Below, one piece after another: positions 39,075 through 50,150 of a stretch of 64,000 bases of DNA. The stretch covers positions 1,081-65,080 of the forward strand of contig JBCBZV010000008.1 of assembly GCA_039815155.1 (NCBI GenBank), read 5' to 3'. The notes beneath the pieces were generated by a model, which saw only the letters and a program-made list of their open reading frames with translations, did not search any database and was not told the DNA's origin. This stretch comes from Pseudomonadota bacterium (lineage in GTDB: Bacteria; Pseudomonadota; Gammaproteobacteria; Pseudomonadales; Halieaceae). Position 1 is the stretch's first letter, and every line of letters begins with the position of its first letter. The translations under genes and the position numbers were made by a program.

Positions 39075-39743
39075 ATGAAAGATTATCTGATAGCGCCTTC
39101 CATTCTATCAGCCGACTTCGCTCGCTTGGGTGAAGAGGTCGATGCGGTGCTGGAGGCTGGCGCGGATGTTGTCCATTTTGATGTTATGGACAATCACTAT
39201 GTGCCCAATCTCACGATTGGTCCGATGATTTGTAAGGCGCTCCGCAGTCACGGAGTGACTGCCCCCATTGATGTCCATTTGATGGTGAGTCCAGTGGATC
39301 GGCTGATTGGCGACTTTGCGGAAGCTGGCGCTAGCTACATAACCTTTCACCCAGACGCATCGACCCACGTCGATCGTTCCCTGCAGATGATTAGAGACGC
39401 CGGATGCAAGGCCGGCTTAGTCTTCAATCCCCACGTGGGCCTCGAGGCTCTGACCTATGTGTTGGATAAAATAGACATGGTGCTGCTGATGTCGGTGAAT
39501 CCCGGTTTCGGTGGTCAGGCTTTTATTCCATCTACGCTGGGAAAACTGCGCGAAGCACGTGCGCTCCTAGACGGCGCGGGCCTCGATATTCGGCTTGAAG
39601 TTGATGGTGGAGTCACGCCCGCCAACATTGCAGAAATCGCTGCCGCCGGTGCCGATACTTTTGTCGCTGGCTCTGCGATTTTTGGTAAGGATGATTATCG
39701 TGCCGTTATCGATGAGATGAGGTCGCAACTTGCCAGGGTGTGA
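39075..39743 (+). CDS. rpe: Ribulose-phosphate 3-epimerase
   Basis: [36 protein letters not shown]. Confidence 0.98.
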   Translation: MKDYLIAPSILSADFARLGEEVDAVLEAGADVVHFDVMDNHYVPNLTIGPMICKALRSHGVTAPIDVHLMVSPVDRLIGDFAEAGASYITFHPDASTHVDRSLQMIRDAGCKAGLVFNPHVGLEALTYVLDKIDMVLLMSVNPGFGGQAFIPSTLGKLREARALLDGAGLDIRLEVDGGVTPANIAEIAAAGADTFVAGSAIFGKDDYRAVIDEMRSQLARV

Positions 39744-39867
39744 TGCAGCAAAAAGCATGGCCTTAGCGTCGCGATCTCTCTCCTAGTTAAGAATCCCTCT
39801 ATCCAGTTGCGCACGACCACGTCCAGGAGATTTTTTTCTCCTCGAGGCATGGGCGGCATGCCCCCTC

Positions 39868-39895
39868 TTGTGTCATAGCAATCCCGAGTTACAAT
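39868..39895 (+). promoter_or_regulatory. Candidate sigma-70 promoter for the trp leader
   Basis: TTGTGT-16 bp-TACAAT. Confidence 0.45.
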
Positions 39896-39952
39896 AGGCG
39901 GATGGACGTTGTAATGACACTTTTCGCTAGACCCGCTTCAAGCGATCACAGC

Positions 39953-39982
39953 ATGCGAGAGTATTCTCGTTGGCGATGGTGA
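39953..39982 (+). CDS. Candidate trp leader peptide MREYSRWRW (in-frame upstream ATG 39914 gives 22 aa)
   Basis: Two Trp codons in an RWRW motif just upstream of trpE. Confidence 0.7.
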   Translation: MREYSRWRW

Positions 39983-40024
39983 TTCCCTGGGCCCGTTCGC
40001 GGCCCTCAATCACAGAACTTTTTT
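39979..40024 (+). promoter_or_regulatory. Candidate attenuator hairpin with U-tract
   Basis: GTGATT/AATCAC and GGGCC/GGCCC stems, then AGAAC and six T; the 5' arm overlaps the leader stop codon. Confidence 0.55.
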
Positions 40025-40167
40025 AAGCGCTCTCGTTTAAAACTTGTTCATAAAACGGTCCTTGAGTTAAAGCTGTATTCAGACAAACCCCTAAGAAAGA
40101 CCTAAGCAGCTCACTGACCTTCGCCAGTTTTTAGCAGTCTCCTGGCTGCAATTTTCAGGACATCGCC

Positions 40168-41733
40168 ATGAACCATACCGATAATGCTGCTCTGGCTGCG
40201 CTTGCCGCCCAGGGCTTTAATCGAGTACCCGTACACCGAGAGGTGCTTGCGGACTTCGAAACACCTCTGTCGACGTACCGCAAGCTTGCCGCCGGTCCCT
40301 ACTCCTACTTGTTTGAATCCGTAGAGGGCGGAGAGAAGTGGAGTCGATTTTCCATCATCGGCCTACCCTGTAAAAACAGCTATCGAGTTTTCGGCAATCG
40401 AATTGAAGTTTGGGACGGCAACGACCTTAAGCAAGAGATTATGAGCGAGGACCCGCTATCCTTCATTGAGTCGCTACAAGCCGATATGCGTAGCCCAGAA
40501 GATCCGGAGCTGCCTATGTTCTTCGGCGGTCTGGTGGGTTTCTTCGGTTATGACACCGTTCGCTATGTCGAGCCGAGGCTGCGTGCTAGCTGTCCTAAGG
40601 ATGAGCTCAAAACGCCGGATATTTTGTTGATGGTATCGGACGAGGTTTTGGTCTTCGACAATCTTGCTGGGACGTTGAAGATTGTCGTAAACGCGGATCC
40701 AGGAAACGAAACCGCGGTGCGTAGCGCGCAAGCGAGGGTCGAGGAACTCATCGCACTGCTTTCTTCGACCTCAGCCGATCCCTTGCCTCCCGTGTCCCTT
40801 CAGGGTGCGGATGGCGGTGAATTGGAGGCGCAAGCAAAGAGCAGCATGAGTCAGGGCGAATACGAAGATGCAGTGCGCCGGGTAAAGGAATACGTACTCG
40901 ACGGCGATGTTATGCAGGTCGTACCTGCGCAACGCATGAGTGTTCCCTTTACCGCTCCACCGCTGAATCTCTATCGAGCCCTGCGCAACCTCAATCCCTC
41001 CCCATACCTCTTCTATTTGGACTTGGACAAGTTTCATGTCGTTGGCTCTTCGCCGGAAATTCTTGTGCGCGCTGAGCTGGGCAAAGTGACCGTTCGACCC
41101 ATCGCTGGAACCCGTCGCCGTGGACAAACAGAGGACGAAGACAGAGAGCTTGAGGCGGATCTCCTGGCTGATCCAAAAGAGATAGCCGAACATCTTATGT
41201 TGATCGACTTAGGACGAAATGATGTTGGGCGAATAGCAGAGACCGGCAGCGTAAAGCTAACGGAAAAAATGCTGATCGAACGCTACTCTCACGTTATGCA
41301 CATCGTCTCTAACGTGGAGGGTGACCTGCTTCCGGATTGCACTGCGATAGATGCACTTCGTGCCGCACTCCCTGCAGGTACGCTGAGTGGCGCTCCTAAA
41401 ATCCGGGCGATGGAAATCATAGATGAGCTTGAGCCTGTGAAACGCGGCATCTATGGCGGAGCTGTCGGCTATCTTTCCTACTCCGGCAACATGGATACGG
41501 CGATAGCCATTCGAACCGCGGTTGTTAAAGACGAAACCTTACACATTCAAGTAGGCGCAGGGGTTGTAGCTGACTCCGTGCCGAGTTCCGAGTGGCAGGA
41601 AACACTGGACAAAGCGCGAGCCCTTTTGCGCGCCGCCGCGATGGTCGCGGCGGGCGGCGTCACTGTGCCGGTACCCGCAAATTCCGCTGCGAGCGCAACC
41701 GTCAACGTAGCTGATGCAGGGGAGGACCTCTAA
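40168..41733 (+). CDS. trpE: Anthranilate synthase component I
   Basis: [32 protein letters not shown]. Confidence 0.97.
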   Translation: MNHTDNAALAALAAQGFNRVPVHREVLADFETPLSTYRKLAAGPYSYLFESVEGGEKWSRFSIIGLPCKNSYRVFGNRIEVWDGNDLKQEIMSEDPLSFIESLQADMRSPEDPELPMFFGGLVGFFGYDTVRYVEPRLRASCPKDELKTPDILLMVSDEVLVFDNLAGTLKIVVNADPGNETAVRSAQARVEELIALLSSTSADPLPPVSLQGADGGELEAQAKSSMSQGEYEDAVRRVKEYVLDGDVMQVVPAQRMSVPFTAPPLNLYRALRNLNPSPYLFYLDLDKFHVVGSSPEILVRAELGKVTVRPIAGTRRRGQTEDEDRELEADLLADPKEIAEHLMLIDLGRNDVGRIAETGSVKLTEKMLIERYSHVMHIVSNVEGDLLPDCTAIDALRAALPAGTLSGAPKIRAMEIIDELEPVKRGIYGGAVGYLSYSGNMDTAIAIRTAVVKDETLHIQVGAGVVADSVPSSEWQETLDKARALLRAAAMVAAGGVTVPVPANSAASATVNVADAGEDL

Positions 41734-42341
41734 TGTTACTAATGATCGATAACTACGATTCCTTCACCTACAACGTGGTTCAATATTTGGCCGAACTCGG
41801 AGCCGACGTTAAGGTAATTCGCAATGATGAGTTGGACCTCGACGAAATCGAAGCGCTGGCGCCGGAGAAAATTGTGATCTCCCCCGGGCCTTGTACTCCC
41901 AACGAAGCGGGTGTTTCGATGGCGGTCATCGAGCGTTTTGCTGGCCGGCTTCCGCTGCTTGGTATTTGTCTCGGCCATCAAAGCTTGGGTCAGGTATTTG
42001 GCGGCAGGGTAGTGCGGGCGCAGACGGTCATGCATGGCAAAGTCTCCGACATTCACCACAATGGCGTGGGCGTCTTCAGCAGTTTGCCGTCGCCGTTTGT
42101 CGCTACCCGCTACCATTCACTGGTAGTCGACCGAGACAGTTTACCCGATGCTTTTGAGGCAACTGCATGGACTGTCGATGAGTCTGGATCGGTAGCAGAG
42201 ATTATGGGCCTTCGTCATAAAACCACGGGCGCTGAGGGCGTTCAGTTTCATCCCGAGTCTATTCTCAGCGAGCACGGACACGCTTTGCTTGAGAATTTTT
42301 TGGCGCTTGGCGCACCCGTATCCGCAAAAGAGGTTCAATAG
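41733..42341 (+). CDS. trpG: Anthranilate synthase component II
   Basis: [25 protein letters not shown]. Confidence 0.96.
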   Translation: MLLMIDNYDSFTYNVVQYLAELGADVKVIRNDELDLDEIEALAPEKIVISPGPCTPNEAGVSMAVIERFAGRLPLLGICLGHQSLGQVFGGRVVRAQTVMHGKVSDIHHNGVGVFSSLPSPFVATRYHSLVVDRDSLPDAFEATAWTVDESGSVAEIMGLRHKTTGAEGVQFHPESILSEHGHALLENFLALGAPVSAKEVQ

Positions 42342-42344
42342 CTT

Positions 42345-43412
42345 ATGGATATACAAAAAGCCCTAGCTAGCGTTGCCGAGGGTGAAAACCTGGGATTCGA
42401 TGATATGGCGGCGGTAATGCGCGTGATCATGTCGGGGGATGCCACCGATGCGCAGATCGGGGGCCTGCTAATGGCCCTGCGTATAAAAGGCGAAACCATT
42501 GAGGAGATCGCGGGCGCCGCTTCGATAATGCGAGAACTCGCCACACCGGTTCAGCTGACGGTAGCTGATCCGGTGGATTTGGTCGGTACCGGTGGAGACG
42601 GTGCGAACTTGTTCAACGTTTCCACTGCGGCGTGTTTCGTTGTAGCGGCGGCGGGAGTACCGGTAGCAAAACATGGCAATCGCTCCGTATCTAGCACCAG
42701 CGGAAGCTCTGACGTTCTCGAGAGTCTTGGTGTTCCTCTGGATCTCGACGCGATTCAGGTCGGCACGCTTGTAGATACGATTGGCATCGGCTTCATGTTC
42801 GCGCCTAGCCACCACAGCGCTATGCGCTACGCCGTTGGTCCGCGTCGTGAGCTGGGACTACGAACCTTGTTCAATGTGCTCGGCCCGTTGACGAACCCCG
42901 CTGGTGTCAAACGGCAAGTACTCGGTGTATTTGATGCGGACCTTTGTGTGCCCTTGGCACAATCACTAAAAACTCTGGGTAGCGTCCACGCGATGGTCGT
43001 GCACTCCGATGATGGGCTGGACGAACTATCCGTTGCAGCACCAAGTAAAGTAGCGGAGCTCAGAGACGGTCAGGTTCAGTCCTTCGTGCTAGATCCGCGT
43101 GACTACGATCTTCATGCCGACGATCTGTCAGGTTTGGCGGTGGATTCCGCCGCTGCTTCCGCGTCCATGATTCGCGCCGCTCTCGGCGGCGAGCACTCGC
43201 ACTTCGCTGAAGACGAAAGCTACGATATCGAAAAAGCGAAAAAAATTATTGCGCTGAATGCTGGTGCGACGATCTATGTTGCAGGCAGAGCATCTACTTT
43301 GGCAGACGGAATGGCACAGGCGAAAACCCTGCTCGAAAACGGGTCTGCAGTCACTAAGCTTGATGATTTTATCGCAGCAACGCAGGCGGCGAGGGGCGCC
43401 GGGTCGGGCTGA
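42345..43412 (+). CDS. trpD: Anthranilate phosphoribosyltransferase
   Basis: GTGGDG, KHGNRSVSS, FNVLGPL.NP, GLDE. Confidence 0.97.
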   Translation: MDIQKALASVAEGENLGFDDMAAVMRVIMSGDATDAQIGGLLMALRIKGETIEEIAGAASIMRELATPVQLTVADPVDLVGTGGDGANLFNVSTAACFVVAAAGVPVAKHGNRSVSSTSGSSDVLESLGVPLDLDAIQVGTLVDTIGIGFMFAPSHHSAMRYAVGPRRELGLRTLFNVLGPLTNPAGVKRQVLGVFDADLCVPLAQSLKTLGSVHAMVVHSDDGLDELSVAAPSKVAELRDGQVQSFVLDPRDYDLHADDLSGLAVDSAAASASMIRAALGGEHSHFAEDESYDIEKAKKIIALNAGATIYVAGRASTLADGMAQAKTLLENGSAVTKLDDFIAATQAARGAGSG

Positions 43413-43473
43413 TCAGCTCGGGACCGGTACCGAGTTATTACTACTTCTTGTTCGGGGTTACAGTTAAGTCGCA

Positions 43474-44277
43474 ATGAACGGTCAAGTTCCAGATACGCTA
43501 GTACGGATTCTCAATCGGAAACGGGAAGAGGTTGACGAGCGTCAATCAAAAAAGACGATTTCCGCGCTCGAAGCCGATATTCTGCAGGCGCCGGCGCCCC
43601 GTGGCTTTGCCAGCGCAATTAGAGGCCGAATCCACGCCGGCCAGCCCGCTGTTATCGCCGAAGTTAAGAAGGCAAGTCCAAGCAAAGGCGTTATCCGGGA
43701 TCACTTCGTACCGGCGGAGATTGCCGCCAGCTACGAGCGCGGCGGCGCAAGCTGTTTATCTGTCCTCACCGACGAAGACTTTTTTCTCGGTAGCGATGAA
43801 TACCTTCAGCAAGCGCGTGCAGCCTGCACCCTTCCGGTCTTGCGCAAGGACTTTGTCATCGATCCTTATCAAATTGTCGAAGCAAGATCGCTTGGGGCGG
43901 ATGCGGTGCTTCTGATCGTTGCTGCGCTGAGTGATCAACAGCTGAATGAGTTCTGCGATGTGGCAGCGAGCTGTCGCTTAGATGTGTTGGTTGAAGTCCA
44001 TGATCGCGAGGAGCTCGAAAGAGCTCTGCCGCTCTCGCCTTCACTGCTTGGAATCAATAACCGAAACCTCCGAGACTTCACCACAAGCCTCTCTGCTACG
44101 CTCGACTTACTTGGCCACGTGCCCGCAGAGAAGTATGTCGTGACCGAAAGTGCGATCCATACGAGAGGAGATGTACAACGCATGCGCTCGGCGGGTGTGA
44201 ATGCCTTTTTAGTGGGAGAGGCTTTTATGCGCGCAGATGAACCGGGAACCGCACTTGCGAGACTTTTCGAAGATTGA
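43474..44277 (+). CDS. trpC: Indole-3-glycerol phosphate synthase
   Basis: [31 protein letters not shown]. Confidence 0.98.
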   Translation: MNGQVPDTLVRILNRKREEVDERQSKKTISALEADILQAPAPRGFASAIRGRIHAGQPAVIAEVKKASPSKGVIRDHFVPAEIAASYERGGASCLSVLTDEDFFLGSDEYLQQARAACTLPVLRKDFVIDPYQIVEARSLGADAVLLIVAALSDQQLNEFCDVAASCRLDVLVEVHDREELERALPLSPSLLGINNRNLRDFTTSLSATLDLLGHVPAEKYVVTESAIHTRGDVQRMRSAGVNAFLVGEAFMRADEPGTALARLFED

Positions 44278-44360
44278 ATAGGGCTTGGCCCTGAGCCTAA
44301 CAGTTTTTGCTAGCCAAAGCGCCACAGCACAGCACAGCAGTGCCGAAAGTGCCTAAACCT

Positions 44361-44414
44361 AAAGTGGTGAAAGTGGTGAAAGTAGCGAAAGTCGTGAAAG
44401 TGGCGAAAGCACGC
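44361..44414 (+). repeat. 6 x 9-bp degenerate tandem repeat AAAGTGGTG-like, with (CACAG)3 at 44323-44337
   Basis: aaagtggtg aaagtggtg aaagtagcg aaagtcgtg aaagtggcg aaagcacgc, between convergent trpC and crp. Confidence 0.85.
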
Positions 44415-44472
44415 TGGGAATTCGAATCCGCTAGCGAATCGCCGCTACGCTAATGTGTGCCCCGTCGCGGTG

Positions 44473-45117
44473 TCATCGCGCGTCATAAACCACGATGGTT
44501 TTGCCGGCTACGGATACCAATCCCTCTTCCTCCAGAGCTTTGAGCACCCTTCCCGCCATTTCCCGTGAGCAGCCCGCAATCTTGCCAAGCTCCTGACGCG
44601 TAATTTTTATCTGCATCCCATCCGGGTGAGTCATCGCATCGGGTTGCTTGCAGAGGTCCATCAGCGTATGCGCGATACGCCCTGATACATCAACAAAGGC
44701 AAGGTTTTTGAGTTTAAAGGTTGTCTTACGCAGGCGAACGGCCATCTGCGTCGCGATTGCAAAAAGTATGTCGGGAAACTGCGCCTTGATCTTCATGAAA
44801 CGGTCATAGGAAATCTCGGCGATTTTGCTTGCCTCTTTGGTGATTACCTCTGCGCTACGGGCTTCGTCCTCACTGCCAAAAAGGCCCATCTCACCGAAAA
44901 AATCTCCCAAGTTCAGATAGCTGACAACCATCTTGTGATCGCCATCCTGCTCATCCTCGACCATGACGGTCACGGAACCGTCCACGATCAGGTAGAGCTT
45001 GTCGCTAAGTTCGCCCTCCCGCAGCAGCGTTGTGCGATTCGGATACTCGCGGATGTCGCAATAGCGTAAAAACTCTTCGACATTGGGAATGGCTTGCAGA
45101 AGCTGCGGTCTCAGCAT
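44473..45117 (-). CDS. crp: cAMP-activated global regulator CRP/Vfr
   Basis: GDFFGEMGL, RSA, ITRQELG...CSREM.GR.LK HTH; AGGAG RBS; divergent from an OsmC-like gene. Confidence 0.95.
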   Translation of the reverse strand: MLRPQLLQAIPNVEEFLRYCDIREYPNRTTLLREGELSDKLYLIVDGSVTVMVEDEQDGDHKMVVSYLNLGDFFGEMGLFGSEDEARSAEVITKEASKIAEISYDRFMKIKAQFPDILFAIATQMAVRLRKTTFKLKNLAFVDVSGRIAHTLMDLCKQPDAMTHPDGMQIKITRQELGKIAGCSREMAGRVLKALEEEGLVSVAGKTIVVYDAR

Positions 45118-45305
45118 CGACACTTTCTCCTAATACGGGTGAGCAAGTGTACCCGGCATCGCAGCGGAGGCAAATTCCCGATCCTCTTGCTCGGTTTTTT
45201 AGCAGGAAATGGGCGCAGCTGTGCGGTGGGTGTAGGAACGTTTACCACCGCAGTTCGCTTGGCGGCTGTGCTAATCTCCCGCGCCTGCAATACTGGAGTT
45301 TGAGC

Positions 45306-45731
45306 ATGGAAGTGACCGTAAAGTGGATGGATGGGGCTATGTTTGTCGGTGAGTCAGGCTCCGGCCATTCTGTCGTAATGGACGGTCCTCCGGATTTGGG
45401 TGGTCGAAACCTGGGTCCACGCCCGATGGAAATGCTGCTTCTGGGTACGGGCGGCTGTGCGATTTACGATGTACTGAGTATGCTTAAAAAGTCTCGGCAG
45501 GCGGTTCGCGATTGCCGGGTAGAGATCCAGGCCGAAAGAGCCGACGCAGTGCCAGCTGTTTTTACAAAGCTCAATATGCATTTTATCGTAAGTGGTTCAG
45601 CCCTTAAGGAGAATCACGTCAAACGCGCGGTTGAGCTATCGGCTGAGAAATACTGCTCGGCTTCGATTATGTTGGAAGCCGCTGGCGTCGCAATGTCCCA
45701 CAGTTTCGAAGTGGTCGACGATCCCGCCTAA
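45306..45731 (+). CDS. OsmC/YhfA family protein
   Basis: G.RPME.LL...GGC, SAEKYCSAS; GGAG RBS before ATG 45306. Confidence 0.93.
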   Translation: MEVTVKWMDGAMFVGESGSGHSVVMDGPPDLGGRNLGPRPMEMLLLGTGGCAIYDVLSMLKKSRQAVRDCRVEIQAERADAVPAVFTKLNMHFIVSGSALKENHVKRAVELSAEKYCSASIMLEAAGVAMSHSFEVVDDPA

Positions 45732-45741
45732 CCAGCCGTGC

Positions 45742-47055
45742 TTAGTCATCTCGCTCCAGGGCGCGCCAACCGATGTCTTTACGATAAGTTACCTGGGGCC
45801 AATTGATGGTTCCCACGCGTGCATAGGCGGTCGCTTGCGCAGCGGCTAGACTCTCGCCCAGCGCCGCCACGCAAAGGACTCGTCCACCGCTGGTCACTAA
45901 CTGTTCTTCCTCAAGGCGCGTACCCGCGTGGAAGACTTTGCAATCGCCGGTATCGGCACAGCTTTTTCTTTGGTCCGAAGTCGCCTCATCCGTTAGGCCC
46001 TGAATGACCTGTCCTTTGTCATAGTTCCCCGGATATCCTCCTGCAGCCATGACCACTCCAAGCGCGGGGCGCGGATCCCAGCGGAGGCTGTAATCTTCGA
46101 GGTTTCCATCCAGAGCGGCTTCGCACAGCGTCAAGAGATCGCTGCGCAGTCTCAGCATAATCGGCTGAGTCTCCGGATCACCGAAGCGGCAGTTGAATTC
46201 AATCACCTTCGGAGCGCCGTCTGCTCCAATCATCAAACCTGCGTACAGAAAACCGACGTAAGGATTGCCATCGGCCGCCATCCCCCTAACCGTGGGTTCG
46301 ATGACCTCGCGCATGACGCGTTCATAAACCGCATTATCGACCACAGGTGCTGGTGAGTATGCGCCCATGCCACCGGTGTTCGGTCCTCGATCACCGTCGC
46401 CGATTCGTTTGTGGTCCTGGCTTGTTGCCATCGGCACAATGTTCTGTCCATCACACACCACAATAAAACTGGCTTCCTCGCCATCGAGGAACTCTTCGAT
46501 GACTACTCGGCAGCCTGCCTCTCCGAAGGCATTACCGCTGAGCATATCGGTAACCGCTTGCTCTGCTTCTCCTAGGCTCATTGCCACTACGACACCTTTT
46601 CCTGCCGCAAGACCGTCCGCTTTAACGACGATTGGCGCACCGACAGCCCGTAGATAGCTGAGTGCTGCCTGCAAATCGGTGAAGGTCGCGTACGCGGCGG
46701 TCGGGATCCGATGTCGCTTAAGGAAGTCTTTCGTGAAAGCCTTAGAGCCTTCCAATTGGGCGGCTGCGGCCGACGGCCCGAAGCACCGGTGCTTTCGCTC
46801 GGCGAAATAATCGACTATTCCATCAACTAAAGGCGCTTCTGGCCCAACCATCGTAAAGGCGATGTCTTGGGCTTCGACAAACGCAATTAACGCGGGAAAG
46901 TCCGCCGCATCAAGATCGACGTTGTTTATATTTGGCTCAAGGGCCGTTCCCGCGTTACCCGGAGCGACGAACACTGTATTCGCTTTTTCTGCTTGGGCGA
47001 GTTTCCAGGCGAGCGCGTGTTCGCGCCCGCCGCTACCTATAACGAGGATGTTCAT
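45742..47055 (-). CDS. purD: Phosphoribosylamine-glycine ligase
   Basis: [35 protein letters not shown]. Confidence 0.98.
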   Translation of the reverse strand: MNILVIGSGGREHALAWKLAQAEKANTVFVAPGNAGTALEPNINNVDLDAADFPALIAFVEAQDIAFTMVGPEAPLVDGIVDYFAERKHRCFGPSAAAAQLEGSKAFTKDFLKRHRIPTAAYATFTDLQAALSYLRAVGAPIVVKADGLAAGKGVVVAMSLGEAEQAVTDMLSGNAFGEAGCRVVIEEFLDGEEASFIVVCDGQNIVPMATSQDHKRIGDGDRGPNTGGMGAYSPAPVVDNAVYERVMREVIEPTVRGMAADGNPYVGFLYAGLMIGADGAPKVIEFNCRFGDPETQPIMLRLRSDLLTLCEAALDGNLEDYSLRWDPRPALGVVMAAGGYPGNYDKGQVIQGLTDEATSDQRKSCADTGDCKVFHAGTRLEEEQLVTSGGRVLCVAALGESLAAAQATAYARVGTINWPQVTYRKDIGWRALERDD

Positions 47056-47056
47056 C

Positions 47057-48625
47057 TCAGTGCCGGAAGTGGCGCATGCCGGTGAATACCATGGCCATGT
47101 CGTGCTCGTTGGCGGCGGTGATGACCTCTTCATCGCGAACGGAGCCGCCGGGCTGGATCACCGCACAAATACCCGCCGCGGCCGCGTTATCGATGCCGTC
47201 TCGAAAGGGGAAGAAGGCGTCTGAGGCCATTACCGATCCGCTGACTTCAAAGCCTGCATGCTCGGCCTTAATGGCTGCAATCCGCGCCGAATTCACCCGG
47301 CTCATTTGCCCTGCGCCAACACCAATCGTTTGTTGCTTTGCGGCGTAAATAATGGCGTTGGACTTGACGAATTTTGCAACGCGCCAGGCAAACAGCAAGT
47401 CGGCTAGCTCAGCGTCCGTCGGTTTTCTTGCACTCACGAGCTTGAGGTCTTGCGGCCCTACAACACCAAGATCCGTATCCTGGACAAGCATCCCACCGTT
47501 GACACGCTTGTAATCCCAACTGGCGGCTGGGGCCTGCAGGGGGCCGGTCGTCAGCACGCGCACGTTCTTTTTACTCCCTAGTACGGAGACAGCACCATGA
47601 CTCAGCGCGGGGGCGGCGAGGACTTCTACAAATTGCTTATCGACGATTGCTCTTGCTGTCGCCTCATCAAGTTCGCGATTAAACGCAATGATGCCACCGA
47701 AGGCTGATTCTTGATCGGTTGCGAACGCTCGCTCGTAGGCTTCCTGGCAACTCGTTCCAATCGCCACGCCACAGGGGTTTGCATGTTTCACAATCACGCA
47801 GGCGGTCTCTGCGAATTGTCGTACGCACTCCAACGCCGCATCGGTGTCTGCGATATTGTTGTAAGAAAGTTCCTTGCCTTGCAGTTGAGTTGTGCTTGAG
47901 ATTGTTCCCGGTGCTGGATTCAGCTCTTGGTAGAACGCCGCCTGTTGGTGCGGGTTCTCTCCATAACGCAGTTCCTGCACTTTGTGAAATTGCAGATTCA
48001 CCGTCCTGCTGAATCGTTCTTCCTGCTGGTCGTCAAGCTGCCTACCAAGGTAATTGGCTATCGCTCCGTCATAGGCCGCTGTATGTTCAAACGCACGTAC
48101 TGCCAAATCTCTACGAAGTTCAGCAGGTAGAGTCCCATCGTGTTCGGCCATGGCCTGCAAAACACGACCGTAGTCGGCGGCTTGGGTGACGATCCCGACC
48201 CAGGCGTGATTCTTCGCGGCGGCTCGGACCATGCTTGGGCCACCGATATCGATATTTTCAATGGCCAAGTCAAGCGTACAGTCTTTGCTCGCTATCGTTT
48301 CCTCAAATGGGTAAAGATTCACAACGACGAGATCGATTGTATCTATAGCGTGCGCTGCTAGCGCCCGGTCATCCTGGCCGCGTCTCGCGAGTATGCCGCC
48401 ATGGATTTTCGGGTGGAGCGTCTTAACTCGGCCGTCCATCATCTCCGGAAAACCAGTGTAGCTAGACACCTCCGTTACGGGAATTCCCTCACTCTCGATG
48501 AGCCGGTAGGTGCCTCCAGTGGATAGAAGTTCTACGCCAGACTCGTGAAGGGTTCGGGCAAAGTCGACGATGCCGCTTTTGTCCGATACGCTGATGAGAG
48601 CGCGTTTTACAGGCCGAACGCTCAT
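47057..48625 (-). CDS. purH: Bifunctional AICAR formyltransferase/IMP cyclohydrolase
   Basis: [40 protein letters not shown]. Confidence 0.99.
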   Translation of the reverse strand: MSVRPVKRALISVSDKSGIVDFARTLHESGVELLSTGGTYRLIESEGIPVTEVSSYTGFPEMMDGRVKTLHPKIHGGILARRGQDDRALAAHAIDTIDLVVVNLYPFEETIASKDCTLDLAIENIDIGGPSMVRAAAKNHAWVGIVTQAADYGRVLQAMAEHDGTLPAELRRDLAVRAFEHTAAYDGAIANYLGRQLDDQQEERFSRTVNLQFHKVQELRYGENPHQQAAFYQELNPAPGTISSTTQLQGKELSYNNIADTDAALECVRQFAETACVIVKHANPCGVAIGTSCQEAYERAFATDQESAFGGIIAFNRELDEATARAIVDKQFVEVLAAPALSHGAVSVLGSKKNVRVLTTGPLQAPAASWDYKRVNGGMLVQDTDLGVVGPQDLKLVSARKPTDAELADLLFAWRVAKFVKSNAIIYAAKQQTIGVGAGQMSRVNSARIAAIKAEHAGFEVSGSVMASDAFFPFRDGIDNAAAAGICAVIQPGGSVRDEEVITAANEHDMAMVFTGMRHFRH

Positions 48626-48966
48626 CGCGCTTTGCGCCGGCGATCAAAAACATGATGCTGCTTGAGCTTCTTGCGAAGGGTGCCTCGGTTCAGACCCAGC
48701 ATTTGCGCCGCCTTGGTTTGGTTGTAACGGGTGTACTCCATCACCGCCTGCAACAATGGGCCTTCGACTTCATTCAATACCAAATCATAGAAATCTGTCC
48801 CGAGCTCGCCATCCATCTCGTCGAGGTAGCGGCGAACGAACAAGTCGGCCGCCTCTCGTAGAGATGCGACTGTGGCCGCTTCTGTCGGTTGCGTCAGTTC
48901 AAACGTGGTTGTGCTGTTGCTTGGAGCAAGAGCAGCGCTTTCAGCCAAAGTTTCGGCTCTACTCAT
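48622..48966 (-). CDS. fis: DNA-binding protein Fis
   Basis: [25 protein letters not shown]; follows dusB. Confidence 0.95.
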   Translation of the reverse strand: MSRAETLAESAALAPSNSTTTFELTQPTEAATVASLREAADLFVRRYLDEMDGELGTDFYDLVLNEVEGPLLQAVMEYTRYNQTKAAQMLGLNRGTLRKKLKQHHVFDRRRKAR

Positions 48967-49955
48967 GCAGCTAGTTCCTGTCGATCTAATTCGTTAAAAA
49001 TATCGTCTAAAAATAAAACTTGGTCATCGGGGCTTTCAAGCGTATTGAAGCCCCTGCGAACTTCTTGGTACTCACCTAGCCGGGAAAAACACCAGCCGAC
49101 ATGCTTGCGTGCGATTCTTGTGCCCAAATAGTCGCCGTAAAAATGATGCAGCTCGATCAAATGCTCGCGAAGAATCTGATGTTGAACGCGCAGTTCTGGT
49201 TCCACGCAAGCTCCGCCTTTGATCTGATTGGCGATCAGCCCAGGCAGCCAGGGCGCGCCCTGTGCCGCCCGACCGATCATGACGCCCGCCGCCCCCGTGT
49301 GTTGGAGCACTTTGCTAGCGCAGCTCGCAGAATCAATATCGCCGTTTGCCAGCACCGGTATATTCACAGCCTCAACTATTCGGGCGGTCGTTTCGTGTTC
49401 CGCCTCGCCGCGAAACGCACAGGCTCTGGTGCGCCCGTGCACTGCAAGCAGAGCAATGCCCGTGTCTTCGGCGATCCGAGCGATGCTTGGTCCATTACGT
49501 TTCGAAGGTTCGACGCCGGTACGAATCTTCAGCGTCACTGGTACGGAGACTGCGCCAACCACTGCCTCGAGTATCTCCCTGACCAGGGTTTCGTCAGCGA
49601 GCAGCGCAGAACCCGCCGCCTTCTTGCAGACTTTTTTCGCAGGGCAGCCCATATTGATATCAATGACCTGTGCCCCGGTGGCCACGTTGAAGCGAGCGGC
49701 TTCGGCCATTAGCTGCGCTTGATTCCCAACTATTTGTACCGAGCGTGGCTCGACCGAACCTTTCGTAAAGTCAAGCTGGCGTCGTAGGATACTCTTGGAC
49801 GACTGGCGTAACTTCGGATCGCTGTGAATCATTTCTCCAACCAGCAAGCCCGCCCCAAAGCGCGAGCACAGCCGGCGAAAGGGCAGGTCTGTCACTCCCG
49901 CCATTGGTGCTAGCGCCACGTTGTTGCGTAATTGATAGGGTCCTAGGGACAGCAT
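48963..49955 (-). CDS. dusB: tRNA-dihydrouridine synthase B
   Basis: LAPMAGVTD, DINMGCPAKK, VHGRT, ANGDI. Confidence 0.97.
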   Translation of the reverse strand: MLSLGPYQLRNNVALAPMAGVTDLPFRRLCSRFGAGLLVGEMIHSDPKLRQSSKSILRRQLDFTKGSVEPRSVQIVGNQAQLMAEAARFNVATGAQVIDINMGCPAKKVCKKAAGSALLADETLVREILEAVVGAVSVPVTLKIRTGVEPSKRNGPSIARIAEDTGIALLAVHGRTRACAFRGEAEHETTARIVEAVNIPVLANGDIDSASCASKVLQHTGAAGVMIGRAAQGAPWLPGLIANQIKGGACVEPELRVQHQILREHLIELHHFYGDYLGTRIARKHVGWCFSRLGEYQEVRRGFNTLESPDDQVLFLDDIFNELDRQELAA

Positions 49956-50150
49956 GGTCGATTTAAGCGTGAGCTAGCGCGAGTCGTAGAATGAGTGGGT
50001 CGCAAAAAAGGATCGCAATATTACGCGAGGCGACTCCGGCAAAAAAGGCTGGACAGATGAATTTCAGCGATTCAAGCAGTAAGAGAATAGATTTCTCTCG
50101 CCGGCAAAGGATCAATAGAAGAATTATTCAGCTTACTACTTGCGAGCTTC

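Noticed and set aside
12079-44414. Tandem arrays as CRISPR
   Set aside because: Units are 9-15 bp, head-to-tail with no unique spacers, and there are no cas genes.
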